Of a stretch of DNA of 64,000 bases, positions 27,474 to 40,855 are shown one piece after another. The notes beneath the pieces were generated by a model that had not been told where the DNA came from, did no database searches, and saw only the letters and a program-made list of their open reading frames with translations. Source of the stretch: Myxococcota bacterium (GTDB lineage: Bacteria > Myxococcota_A > UBA9160 > UBA4427); NCBI GenBank assembly GCA_965250285.1, contig OZ252299.1, positions 1,248,001 to 1,312,000 on the forward strand, read 5' to 3'. Every line of letters begins with the position of its first letter. Within the stretch, counting starts at the first letter, position 1. The position numbers and the translations under genes were made by a program.

Positions 27474-29165
27474 TTAGGCCGATGCGTTCGTGGTGCGCGC
27501 GCGCAGCTGACTGCGCTCAGCGACCAGCATCTTCAGCCCTTCGAGCGTGATCCAGACATCGAGCGCCAGGATCAGCGTGCCCGAGAGGGCGAGCAACCAC
27601 AGCGACCCGAAGTCGGCATAGTAGTTGATCAGGTTGCCGACCATCGCGAACGCCGTGGCCGTCGTGACGAAGAGCATCGGGACGATGGTGTACACGATCG
27701 GTCGACCCAGGCGCTGCAGCCAGATCGAGACGATCAGCAGCGTCACGCCGGCCACCAGCTGGTTGGTGGTGCCGAAGAGCGGCCAGAGGGCAAGACCGCC
27801 CTTGCCCCCGCCCTGCGTGATCGCGAGCAGCAGCGCGGCGCCGATCCCGATCGCGCCGGCGAGGAACCGATTGTCGAGCTGCTTGATCCCGTAGGCTTCG
27901 CCGAGCTCGCTGATCACGAGGCGCTGGATCCGCGCGCCGGTATCGAGCGACGTCGCAGCGAATGCGATCACCATCACGGCCATGAACGTCTCGGCGCCGG
28001 CGCGCGGAATGCCGAGCGCCGAGACGAACGTACCGCCGCCCGAGACGAAGGCGCCGAGCTTGGCCGCGAGCCCATTGGCCGCGCCCCAGCTCGCGTAGTG
28101 CGAGCTCCAGTGGTCCATGCTCGAGAAGCCCGCCGTCGCGGCGAGGGTCGCGAGCAGGGCGAGGCCGCCCTCGGCGAGCATCGCGCCGTAGCCGATCGGA
28201 CGGGCGTCGGTGGCGCAGGCGAGCTGCTTCGAGGTCGTACCGCTCGAGACGAGACCGTGGAAGCCGCTGATGGCGCCACATGCGATCGTGACGAACAGGA
28301 ACGGGATCATCGGCGGGGCACCTTCGGGCGAGGGGTTGTACGCCGGCGCCACGATCGTCGGCTGCAGCACGAAGAGCCCCGCCGTCAGGATGCACAGCCC
28401 GGTGACCAGCTGATGGCTGTTGAGATAGTCGCGGGGCTGCAGCAGCAGCCACACCGGCAGCACCGAGGCGACGAACGAGTACCCGAGCAGCAGCCAGACC
28501 CAGGTCGATACCGAGACGGTCTGGATCGCCGGAAACGCCTCGGCGAAGTCGTTGCCGAAGCCGATGGCCGTGAGCAGCAGACCAAAACCCACGAGCGAGG
28601 GCCAGAGCAGCGGCCAGCCCTTGCGGTGCACGCCCCAACCGAGTGTCATCGCCACGATGATCTGCACGTTGATCGGGAAGATCGAGCCCGGGTTGCTCTT
28701 GAAGAGCGTGCCGATGATGTAGGCGAACACCGCGAGCACGACCCAGATGAGCAGCGAGATCGTGACGAGGAAGAGCGTGCGGATGCGCGGCCCGACGACC
28801 TCGCCCGCCACCTCGCCGATCGAGCGGCCGCGGTGGCGGGCGCTGATGACCAGTGCAGAGAAGTCGTGGGCGGCGCCCATGAACAGGGTTCCGATCGACA
28901 CCCAGAGCAGCGCGGGCAGCCAGCCCCAGATGACGGCGATGGCCGGGCCGACGATCGGGGCCGCCCCGGCGATCGAGGCGAAGTGGTGGCCCCAGAGCAC
29001 CGACTTGCGGGTCGGCAGGTAGTCGACGCCGTCTTCGAACTCGCGCGACGGCATCGGCTCGTCGTCGCGCAGCCGAAAGATCGAGTCGGCGAGGAAGCGG
29101 CTGTAGTAGCGATAGCCGAGGCCGTAGATCGCGATCACGATGAAGGCGAGCACCGCAGCGTTCAT
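27474..29165 (-). CDS. cstA: Carbon starvation protein A family transporter
   Basis: GHHFASIAGAAPIVGP, TIACGAISGFH, LWPLFGTTNQL. Confidence 0.93.
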   Translation of the reverse strand: MNAAVLAFIVIAIYGLGYRYYSRFLADSIFRLRDDEPMPSREFEDGVDYLPTRKSVLWGHHFASIAGAAPIVGPAIAVIWGWLPALLWVSIGTLFMGAAHDFSALVISARHRGRSIGEVAGEVVGPRIRTLFLVTISLLIWVVLAVFAYIIGTLFKSNPGSIFPINVQIIVAMTLGWGVHRKGWPLLWPSLVGFGLLLTAIGFGNDFAEAFPAIQTVSVSTWVWLLLGYSFVASVLPVWLLLQPRDYLNSHQLVTGLCILTAGLFVLQPTIVAPAYNPSPEGAPPMIPFLFVTIACGAISGFHGLVSSGTTSKQLACATDARPIGYGAMLAEGGLALLATLAATAGFSSMDHWSSHYASWGAANGLAAKLGAFVSGGGTFVSALGIPRAGAETFMAVMVIAFAATSLDTGARIQRLVISELGEAYGIKQLDNRFLAGAIGIGAALLLAITQGGGKGGLALWPLFGTTNQLVAGVTLLIVSIWLQRLGRPIVYTIVPMLFVTTATAFAMVGNLINYYADFGSLWLLALSGTLILALDVWITLEGLKMLVAERSQLRARTTNASA

Positions 29166-29235
29166 GCGTCGCGGCCTCGCTCGGCCGGAGCATGGGGGCA
29201 GGCGACCCCCGCCGTGGCCGCGCGCGTGCGCTCGG

Positions 29236-30969
29236 TCATGCGCCGAGCTCCTCCTGCGCGAAGGGCACGGCCCCTTCGCCGCGCAGCAGGTTCTTCAGGA
29301 TCTTGCCCGCCGGGTTTCGGGCGAGCGGCTCGGTGCGGTAGGTGAATCGCTCGGGCACCTTGAACGGCGCCAGGTGTGCCCCGACGTGACTCTGCAGCTC
29401 GGCGTCGGTCACGCGGGCCCCGGGCTTCGTCACGACGACGGCGTGCACGCGCTCCCCGAGGTCGGGACAGGGGTCGCCGATGATCGCGGCCTCGTCGACG
29501 GCCGCGTGATCGGCGAGGCAGGCCTCGATCTCCTGGCAGTACACGTTCTCGCCCCCGCGGATGATCATGTCCTTCGCGCGATCGGCGACGAAGAAGAAGC
29601 CGTCTTCGTCCTCGTAGCCGACGTCGCCCGTCCAGAGCCAGCCGTCGCGCACGGTCTCGGCCGTGGCTTCGGGGCGGTTCCAGTAACCGGGCGTGACCAG
29701 CGGGCCGGCGAACGTGATCTCGCCGAGCTCGCCGGTGGGCACCGGCGCGCCGTCTTCGTTTCGGATCACGAGATCCATGAGCGGCATCGGCCGGCCCACC
29801 GACTTCATCTTGTCGAGCAGGTTCTTGCCGCCGTTCACCGTGGCGACGCCGTGGGTCTCGGTGAGCCCGTAGGCATTGGTGAAGCTCGGCTCGATCGGCA
29901 GCACGGCGCGCGCCTTCTCGATGGTCTCGGGCGGCGTCGGCGCGCCGCCGAACGAGACCGAGCGCAGGCTCGACAGGTCGTAGTCGCCGACCTTCTCGTG
30001 ATGCACGACGCGGTGGAGCATCGTCGGGATCGCGCCCCAGTTGACGACCTGCTCCGCCTGAATCAGCTGCATCACCTGCTCGGGCTCGAAGCGGCCCTCG
30101 GTGAAGACGAGCCTGGCGCCGGCCGTCATCCCGGCGCAGAACCCCGAGTGCAGGCCGCCGACGTGGAAGAGCGGCGACGACATGAGATTTACGAGCGCCG
30201 GCTTCTTGCCGGTCGCCTCGCCCTGCTGGGCCCGGGATTGCGTCGCGCCCGTCAGCGCGCCCGCGACCTGGGCGAAGAGGATGCCGGTCACCTGGGCGAT
30301 GGTGCCGCGATGGGTGGTGATGCAGCCCTTCGGTCGACCCGTCGTGCCCGACGTGTAGAGAATGACGAATGGATCGTCTTCGTCGATCGGCACGTCGGGC
30401 GGCGTCGGGTGCTCGACGATGACGTCCTCGACCGGCACCGTGCCCTTCGGCGCGCTCGCGCCGATGTAGATCACCGCCTCGAGCGTCTCGATCTTCTCGA
30501 GGACGGGCTGGGCCCGCGGGTACAAGCGTTCGTCGACGATGAGCACCTTGCTGCCGCTGTCGCGCAGGCCGTACTCGATCTCTTCGGCGGTCCACCAGCC
30601 ATTCAGGCCGACGCCCACGCCGCCGGCGCTGACGGCCCCGAAGAGCGCAATCAGCCACTCGGGGCAGTTGTACGAGAGCACCGCGAGGCGATCGCCCTTC
30701 GCGAAGCCGAACTGCTTCGTGAGGACGTCCGCCGTGCCCCACACCCGCCGGCCGAACTCGCCATACGAGATGCGCCGATCGCCCTGGATCATGAATTCGG
30801 CGTCGCCCCGCTGCGCCGCGTTCGCGACCTTCTCGCGCATCGAGCGTTCGCGGTTCTTCCAGTTTCGCATCGCGCGGCCGCCGACGTCGCTCGACGCGAT
30901 CTCGAAGGGGCCTCCGGGCCCGGTCAGCTGGGCGACGGCCTGCGCGTAGGTCGGGGGGGCGTCGGACAT
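29236..30969 (-). CDS. Long-chain acyl-CoA ligase (class I adenylate-forming)
   Basis: YTSGTTGRPKG, YGLTET, TGDVG, DRAKDMIIRGGENV, NPAGK. Confidence 0.92.
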   Translation of the reverse strand: MSDAPPTYAQAVAQLTGPGGPFEIASSDVGGRAMRNWKNRERSMREKVANAAQRGDAEFMIQGDRRISYGEFGRRVWGTADVLTKQFGFAKGDRLAVLSYNCPEWLIALFGAVSAGGVGVGLNGWWTAEEIEYGLRDSGSKVLIVDERLYPRAQPVLEKIETLEAVIYIGASAPKGTVPVEDVIVEHPTPPDVPIDEDDPFVILYTSGTTGRPKGCITTHRGTIAQVTGILFAQVAGALTGATQSRAQQGEATGKKPALVNLMSSPLFHVGGLHSGFCAGMTAGARLVFTEGRFEPEQVMQLIQAEQVVNWGAIPTMLHRVVHHEKVGDYDLSSLRSVSFGGAPTPPETIEKARAVLPIEPSFTNAYGLTETHGVATVNGGKNLLDKMKSVGRPMPLMDLVIRNEDGAPVPTGELGEITFAGPLVTPGYWNRPEATAETVRDGWLWTGDVGYEDEDGFFFVADRAKDMIIRGGENVYCQEIEACLADHAAVDEAAIIGDPCPDLGERVHAVVVTKPGARVTDAELQSHVGAHLAPFKVPERFTYRTEPLARNPAGKILKNLLRGEGAVPFAQEELGA

Positions 30970-31078
30970 GATGGGCGCATCACTCCTGTTTCGTCTGGCC
31001 GAGAAGGCGAGGCCGCCCACGACGCGGCGGCGGCGAAGGGGTGCATCGGGTCTCGGTGGGGAAGTGGCGCTCAGGGTA

Positions 31079-31633
31079 TCACGCGGGCGGCGGGGGCGTG
31101 CGCGGGGGCGTGGACGCAGGCGGAGACGTGTCCTCGCCCGGCTCCCCCCAGCCGGGGATGCCGAGCCAGCGTCCACCGGCGATCGTGGCGCACGTGACCG
31201 CCAGCGTGATCGCGATCGCCGCGCCCGCGACATCGAGGCCGACGTCGAAGGCCGACCCGGTTCGGTCGGCGAGTGTCGCCTGACGGCGTTCGTCGAGGAC
31301 CGCGAGCAGCGTCGAGAAGGCCAGCGCCGTCACGCACGACAGCACCACCGGTGCTCGGCCGTACCGAAGCCGCTGTCGCACGTCGACGTAGCGCAGCGCG
31401 AGCACGGCAAAGACGCCGTACTCGATCGGGTGCGCGAGCTTGCGGATCGCCGCGACCCATCCGGCCCTCTCTTCGGGCGACGCGTCGGGCAGCAGCCACT
31501 CGAGCAAGGGGCCGAGGATGCGCGACGTCTCGGCCGCGCTGAAGTCGCTGCTGCCGAGCACCCAGATGAGGCTCGCCCACGCGAGCGCGAGCCCACCGTC
31601 GAGCCAGATGCGTTTCTCGTCCGAGAGTGCCAT
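31079..31633 (-). CDS. VanZ family membrane protein
   Basis: FSAAETSR, IRKLAHPIEYGVFA, LDERRQ...RTGS..DVGLD. Confidence 0.85.
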   Translation of the reverse strand: MALSDEKRIWLDGGLALAWASLIWVLGSSDFSAAETSRILGPLLEWLLPDASPEERAGWVAAIRKLAHPIEYGVFAVLALRYVDVRQRLRYGRAPVVLSCVTALAFSTLLAVLDERRQATLADRTGSAFDVGLDVAGAAIAITLAVTCATIAGGRWLGIPGWGEPGEDTSPPASTPPRTPPPPA

Positions 31634-31674
31634 GCGAAGTCGTCCGTTCGGCGCGTAGGGTAGTGTCCCGAGCG

Positions 31675-32745
31675 ATGTCGACCAGTGAACCGCGCACCGT
31701 CGGTCTCGTGTTCGAGACCTTCGACAGCTACGACCGAGCCGACCGCGACCCCGCCGACTGGCACGTCGAGTACGAGCCCGAAGCCACGATCGATGGACTC
31801 GCCGCTGCGCTCGAGTCGCGCGGGCACACGGTCGCCCGGCTCGGCACCCCGCACGCACTGCTGGAGCGCGTGGGTCGGGGTGAGCTGCCGAGGCTCGACG
31901 CGGCGCTCTGCATCGCCGAGGGCTTCGGCTCGCGCAACCGCGAAGCCTGGGGCCCGACGGTGCTCGAGATGGCGGGTGTGCCGCTGCTCGGCAGCGATGC
32001 GCTGACGCTGTCGCTCACGCTCGACAAGGCGTGGACGCACCGCACGGTCGAGGCGGTGGGTGTCCGCGTGCCCGCATGGGGGTTGCTCGAAGACGGACCC
32101 GCGGCCCGCGACGCGGCGCTGCCGGCCGACTTCCCGCTCTTCGTGAAGCCGCGCTGGGAGGGCACCGCCAAGGGCATCGGGCCCGCGTCGAAGGTCGGCG
32201 ACCGCGCCGCGCTCGAGGCGGCGGTGGCGCGGGTCGTGCGCGACTACGCGCAACCGGCACTGGTCGAGGCGTTCGTGCCCGGCGCCGAGTACACGGTCAC
32301 CGTGGTCGGCCACGCGCCGCGGCGCGCGCTGCCGGTGCTGCAGCGCGCGCTCCATGCCGCGACGGGGATCGGCCTGCACGCGATCGAAGGGGTGCACGAA
32401 GCCGACCGCGACGGCGCCGAATCGGCGGTGCCCGCCGACTACGCGCTGCCGGGCGAGCTCACGCCGGCGCTCGAACGCGAGCTGCAGGCGATCGCGCTGC
32501 GCATCTGCGAGACCCTCGAGGTGCTCGACTTCGCGCGGCTCGACTTCAAACTCGACGCACGGGGGCGTCCGGTCTTCCTCGAGATCAATCCGCTGCCGAC
32601 CTTCGCGCCGGACGGTACCTTCGCGATCCTCGCCGAGCTCGAGGGCAGGGCGACCGGCGAGCTGCTGGGCGACGTGCTGCAGGCGGCGCTCGACCGCGCC
32701 GTCGCGGCCCGGTGGCCCGGCGGGCGAAGGCCGTCGCTCGCCTGA
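31675..32745 (+). CDS. D-Ala-D-Ala ligase-like ATP-grasp amidoligase
   Basis: IAEG...REA, GSDALTLSLTLDK, PLFVKPRWEGTAKGI, LVEAFVPG.E, ARLDF, FLEINPLP. Confidence 0.85.
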   Translation: MSTSEPRTVGLVFETFDSYDRADRDPADWHVEYEPEATIDGLAAALESRGHTVARLGTPHALLERVGRGELPRLDAALCIAEGFGSRNREAWGPTVLEMAGVPLLGSDALTLSLTLDKAWTHRTVEAVGVRVPAWGLLEDGPAARDAALPADFPLFVKPRWEGTAKGIGPASKVGDRAALEAAVARVVRDYAQPALVEAFVPGAEYTVTVVGHAPRRALPVLQRALHAATGIGLHAIEGVHEADRDGAESAVPADYALPGELTPALERELQAIALRICETLEVLDFARLDFKLDARGRPVFLEINPLPTFAPDGTFAILAELEGRATGELLGDVLQAALDRAVAARWPGGRRPSLA

Positions 32746-32794
32746 GCCGGCGACCTCGTTCACCGACCCACTCCAGCCTCGCGGAGATCCGCTC

Positions 32795-33943
32795 GTGTCC
32801 AGTGCCGTTCCCACCGCTGCATCGAAGCCCGTCCGTGCGCGCGCCGCGACGGCCGGCGACGCGCCCGAAGGCATCGCGCCCGACGACTGGACGAGCTGGC
32901 GCTGGCAGATGCAGCACCGCATTCGCGACGCCGAGGCGCTGGCCGAATGGATCCATCCGACCGACGACGAAGCCCGCGCCATCGAGGCGCTGGCCACGCG
33001 CTTTCGCTTCGTGATCACACCGTACTACGCGTCCCTCATGGACCCCGCCGACCCGAGCTGCCCGGTGCGCCGGCAGGTGGTGCCCCGCATGGACGAGCTC
33101 GGTGACGCCGCCGGGCTCGCCGACCCGCTCGACGAGGTGGCCCACTCGCCCGTCAAGAACGTGATCCGCGTGTATCCCGATCGCATCGCGTTCTGCGTCA
33201 ACAACGAGTGCGCGCTCTACTGCCGCTACTGCCTGCGCAAGCGCATGGTCGGCGACAGCGAGTGGACGATGCAGAAGCGCGAGCTCGAGACCGCGCTCGA
33301 CTGGATCGAGCGCACGCCCGAGATCCGCGACGTGCTGCTGACGGGCGGCGATCCGCTCACCTTCGGCGACGACCGGCTCGGCTGGCTGCTCGAGCGGCTG
33401 CGGGCGATCTCGCACGTCGAGATCATCCGCCTCGGCACGCGGCTGCCGGTCACGCTGCCGCATCGCGTGACCGATGACCTGTGCGCGCTGCTCGAGCGGC
33501 ATCACCCCGTCTGGGTCAACACGCACTTCAACCACCCGAAGGAGCTCACGCCGGCCGCCATCGCGGCCTGCGATCGCCTGACGCGGGTGGGCATCCCGGT
33601 CGGCAACCAGTCGGTGCTGCTGCGCGGGTTGAACGACGACCTCGACACGATGAAGAGCCTCTGTGAGTCGCTCGTGCGCGCACGCGTGCGCCCCTACTAC
33701 GTCTATCAGGCGCAGCTGCTCGAGGGCACCGCGCACTTCCGCGTACCGATCGAAGAAGGCCTCGCGCTGTTCAAGCAGATGCGCGGCCGCACGAGCGGCT
33801 TCGCGATCCCGCAGTACGTGCTCGACACGCCTTATGGCAAGGTGCCCCTCGACCATGCCTGGGCGAAGGGGCGCGACGGCGACGACTTCGTCGTCGAAGC
33901 CTGGACGGGCGACCTCTGGCGCGAGCCGAATCCGCGCGATTGA
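32795..33943 (+). CDS. KamA-family radical SAM/PLP 2,3-aminomutase
   Basis: WRWQ, ITPYY, DPLDE, YPDR, CALYCRYCLR, LLTGGDPL, THFNHP, GNQSVLL, YGKVP. Confidence 0.92.
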   Translation: MSSAVPTAASKPVRARAATAGDAPEGIAPDDWTSWRWQMQHRIRDAEALAEWIHPTDDEARAIEALATRFRFVITPYYASLMDPADPSCPVRRQVVPRMDELGDAAGLADPLDEVAHSPVKNVIRVYPDRIAFCVNNECALYCRYCLRKRMVGDSEWTMQKRELETALDWIERTPEIRDVLLTGGDPLTFGDDRLGWLLERLRAISHVEIIRLGTRLPVTLPHRVTDDLCALLERHHPVWVNTHFNHPKELTPAAIAACDRLTRVGIPVGNQSVLLRGLNDDLDTMKSLCESLVRARVRPYYVYQAQLLEGTAHFRVPIEEGLALFKQMRGRTSGFAIPQYVLDTPYGKVPLDHAWAKGRDGDDFVVEAWTGDLWREPNPRD

Positions 33944-34063
33944 GCCCGCGGCCTGGGTGGGTCGCCTGCGCCCGTTCGCATGGGGTGGCGGGCGGGTGCT
34001 CTGCGCCTCGCCCTTCGAGGGTGAAGCGACGCGCCTTGCCGCATACTCCGGCCGGGGGGAACC

Positions 34064-35653
34064 GTGAGCGACGACGACGACGCGCGTCCGGACGCGGAAG
34101 ACGAGGGCGAGGGCACGCTCTCGGGTGCACGCGTGGGCGCCGCCGCGCTGCTGCTGGCGGCGAGCGTGCTGCTCTCGCGCGTGATGGGCTTCCTGCGCGA
34201 GATGGTGCTCGCGGCCGAGGTCGGCAACGGTCCTCAGACCGATGCGTACCGCGCGGCGTTCCAGATCCCCGATCTGCTGAACTATCTGCTCGCGGGCGGC
34301 GCCCTCGCCGTCGCGTTCACACCCCTCTACCAGCGCGCCCGATCCGAGGAGGGGCAGGCGGCCGCGACGGCGCTGTATCACGTGGTGATCTCGACCCTCG
34401 GTGCGCTTGCGATCGTCCTCACCGCGGTGCTCTGGTTCGCTACGCCGCGTCTGGTGGCGCTGCAATTCGGGGGCTTCGAGCCCGACGTACAGGCGCTCAC
34501 GTCGTCGCTCACGCGCGTCGTGCTGCCGGCCCAGATCTTCTTCATCACCGGCGGCGTGGCGCGGGCCGTGCTCATGGCGCACGGCCGATTCGCGGCTCAG
34601 GCTGCCGCGCCGCTCGTCTACAACGGCGGGATCATCGTCGGTGGACTCGCCACCGGCACCGTCGAAGGCTTCGCCTGGGGCGCGCTGGCGGGCGCCGCGC
34701 TCGGCCCCTTCCTGTATCCGCTGTGGGCGCTTCGCCGGATCGCGCCGCTTCGCGTCGAGGTGCGTCCGCTCGATCCGCGCTTTCGGCGCTACCTCTGGCT
34801 CGCGCTGCCGCTGATGGCCGGGGTCTCGCTCTCGACGGTCGACGAGTGGCTCGGTCGCTGGTTCGGCGCGCGCCTCGCCGAGGGCACGGTGGGTGCGCTC
34901 GGCTACGCGCGGCAGCTGATGATGGCGCCGGTCGCGGTGATCGGTCAGGCGGCGGCCGCCGCCGCGCTGCCGACACTCGCGGCCCTGTACGCGAAGGGCC
35001 AGGGTCGGGCCCTCGACGATTCGCTCTCACGCACCCTGCGCGTCACGCTCGCGCTCTCGATGCTCGCCGCCGTAGGGCTCGCCCTCTTTGCCAGGGAGAT
35101 CGTCGAAGTCCTCTATTTCAGAGGACGTTTCACGGCGCAGGATGTCGTCGACGTGTCGGCGATCCTGCGGGTTGGCGCGTGCGCCGTGCCGGCCTGGATC
35201 GCGCAGCAGGTCGGGGTGCGGGCCTTCTTTGCACGCAGCGACAACTGGCGACCGATGATCCTGAACAGCGCGCTGCTGGTGGCGTCGATCCCGCTCTATC
35301 TGCATCTCGGTGACCGCTTCGGCGCGCCGGGCATCGCGGGCGCCGGTGCGATCGCGATGACGGTGAACGCGGTGGCCACGCTCGGCTGGGCGCGGCTGCG
35401 CTTCGGCGGCCCCGCGGTCGCGCCGCTAATCGCCACGCTCGCGCGTTCGCTCGCGATCGCCGGCGTCGCCGGTGCGCTCTCGCTGGCGCTCCCTGCCTTC
35501 GACCTGCCGATGCTCGGCGCCGCTTGGGGACGCCTGCTGAGCGCTGGGTTGCTCTACGGTCTCGCCGCGATCGCAGGGGCGATGCTGCTCGGCGACGACC
35601 CGATGAAGGCGGCCGTGGCCACGCTCACGCGCGGGCGACTCGGTCGGCGCTGA
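34064..35653 (+). CDS. murJ: Lipid II flippase MurJ/MviN family
   Basis: SRVMGFLRE, DAYRAAFQIPDLL, AGGAL..AFTP, YARQLMMAP, RGRF. Confidence 0.88.
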   Translation: MSDDDDARPDAEDEGEGTLSGARVGAAALLLAASVLLSRVMGFLREMVLAAEVGNGPQTDAYRAAFQIPDLLNYLLAGGALAVAFTPLYQRARSEEGQAAATALYHVVISTLGALAIVLTAVLWFATPRLVALQFGGFEPDVQALTSSLTRVVLPAQIFFITGGVARAVLMAHGRFAAQAAAPLVYNGGIIVGGLATGTVEGFAWGALAGAALGPFLYPLWALRRIAPLRVEVRPLDPRFRRYLWLALPLMAGVSLSTVDEWLGRWFGARLAEGTVGALGYARQLMMAPVAVIGQAAAAAALPTLAALYAKGQGRALDDSLSRTLRVTLALSMLAAVGLALFAREIVEVLYFRGRFTAQDVVDVSAILRVGACAVPAWIAQQVGVRAFFARSDNWRPMILNSALLVASIPLYLHLGDRFGAPGIAGAGAIAMTVNAVATLGWARLRFGGPAVAPLIATLARSLAIAGVAGALSLALPAFDLPMLGAAWGRLLSAGLLYGLAAIAGAMLLGDDPMKAAVATLTRGRLGRR

Positions 35654-35719
35654 GCAATCTCGGGTCGAGCCTCGAAGTTGGCTCGAATGGCCCGAATCAG
35701 AAGAGTTTTTTGTGCACCA

Positions 35720-36706
35720 TCAGCGCGTGAGCACGACCCGCCCCTCGAGGAGCAGATCGCGCTTCAACGCGAGAGAGAAGATCTCGTCGTACCAGCCGAG
35801 GCGATCCCAGCACCAGTCGGGCAGGGCATCGGGCTCGAGTCCGCGACCGAGCCGCAGATTGGTTTCGGTCTGGTGCGAGAAGGGGGCCTCGAGCGCGTGG
35901 AGCGGCGTGATCTCGAGCCCGCTGAACCCCGCCGCCTGCGCGTAGTCCTCGAACATCGAGCGCGTGAAGAGCCACTTGTCGTCGATGTCGAGAAAGCCCG
36001 GCGCGCTCGGATCGATGCCCGCGCGAAAGCCGTAGTCGCGCAGCATGTCCTCGAGCAGGCGCATGCCCGGAGCGTCGAAGTCGCGCCGCTCGCGCTCGGC
36101 GCGCTCGAGCAGGTCGGTGTACGCGATGCGCAGCACGGCGCTCCCGTTCTCGAAGGGCTCGAAGAAGATCGCCCGCGCGCCGGGCTCGAGCGCGTGGGCG
36201 AGGGCGCCGATCGCCGCCCTGGGGTCGGGCAGGTGGTGCAGGATCGCGGCGCCCACGGCCAGGCCGAAGCGGCCGGGGGCGTACGGGTCGTGCGTCGCCG
36301 ACATGCACACGGGCGTCACGCGGCCGCGCAGCGCCGGGTCGGCTTCGACGGCGTCGCGTAGGATCTGAAGCAGGTCGGGGCTGATGTCGACGGCGACGAC
36401 ATGCGCTTCGGGCAGCAGTTCGAGGCAGCCGAAGACCGAGTTGCCCGAGCCCGAACCGATGTCGAGCACCAGGTCGCGTGTCGCACCGCCGACCTCGGCG
36501 AAGGCCGTGTCGAGCAGCGCGCGAAAGTAGGCGACGTTCGTGTAGCGCGCGTGGTAGTCGCCGGCGCGGGCGAGGAACTGGTCGGTGACCCCCACCTTCG
36601 CGACGCCGTGCTGCGACTGCGGCACGAAGATACCCGCGAGCGGCGACGCGTCGGCGCCGAGGTCGAGCAGGGGCTCGGCGAAGCAGTCAGCGATCGAAGT
36701 GGGCAT
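35720..36706 (-). CDS. Class I SAM-dependent methyltransferase
   Basis: VLDIGSGSGN, AVDISP, AAILHHL, GARAIFFEP. Confidence 0.85.
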   Translation of the reverse strand: MPTSIADCFAEPLLDLGADASPLAGIFVPQSQHGVAKVGVTDQFLARAGDYHARYTNVAYFRALLDTAFAEVGGATRDLVLDIGSGSGNSVFGCLELLPEAHVVAVDISPDLLQILRDAVEADPALRGRVTPVCMSATHDPYAPGRFGLAVGAAILHHLPDPRAAIGALAHALEPGARAIFFEPFENGSAVLRIAYTDLLERAERERRDFDAPGMRLLEDMLRDYGFRAGIDPSAPGFLDIDDKWLFTRSMFEDYAQAAGFSGLEITPLHALEAPFSHQTETNLRLGRGLEPDALPDWCWDRLGWYDEIFSLALKRDLLLEGRVVLTR

Positions 36707-36926
36707 GGATCCTTCGGCGTCGGGGTTCCGGCGCGGCGCGGGGGCGGCGCGAACGTAGGCGAGTTTGCTCGACTGGGCACAGCGCATTGGCGCTTGACGG
36801 GGCGACGCGAGCGTCATTCGCCGAGGTCCGTCAGAATGGGAGAATGGTTCTCGGGATGTGTGACAAGTGCTCGTTCTGCAGCGGTTTTCGCTCGCGCATC
36901 GCATGCGCGCTGACGGGCCCTCGCGG

Positions 36927-40553
<3,627 letters not shown>

Positions 40554-40680
40554 GGGTAGGGCGCGCACCGACGCGGTCGAATCGGGACGCCCGCTGCAGC
40601 GGCGCCGCGCATCCCTGCACACCTCCCCGCTTCGCCCCGCAAACCCTTGATTCGAAACGCCATGTGGCTAAAGTGCGCCC

Positions 40681-40756
40681 GGGCGCGTAGCTCAATTGGC
40701 AGAGCAAGAGACTCTTAATCTCTAGGTTCAGGGTTCGATTCCCTGCGCGCTCACCA
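40681..40756 (+). tRNA. tRNA-Lys (CTT)
   Basis: 76-nt cloverleaf; anticodon arm AGAGA-CTCTTAA-TCTCT; GGTTCGATT T-loop; encoded CCA; TTGATT-N16-TAAAGT upstream. Confidence 0.97.
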
Positions 40757-40803
40757 CCCACATATGTCGCAGCGAAGAAGCCAACTTGGCTGCGGGCACG
40801 ATC

Positions 40804-40841
40804 AATGCCCCGGCCACCCTCAGCGGTGGTCGGGGCGTTTT
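40804..40841 (+). terminator. Terminator after tRNA-Lys
   Basis: AATGCCCCGGCCACC-ctcagc-GGTGGTCGGGGCGTT-TT. Confidence 0.7.
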
Positions 40842-40855
40842 CGTTCGTCCTCGTG

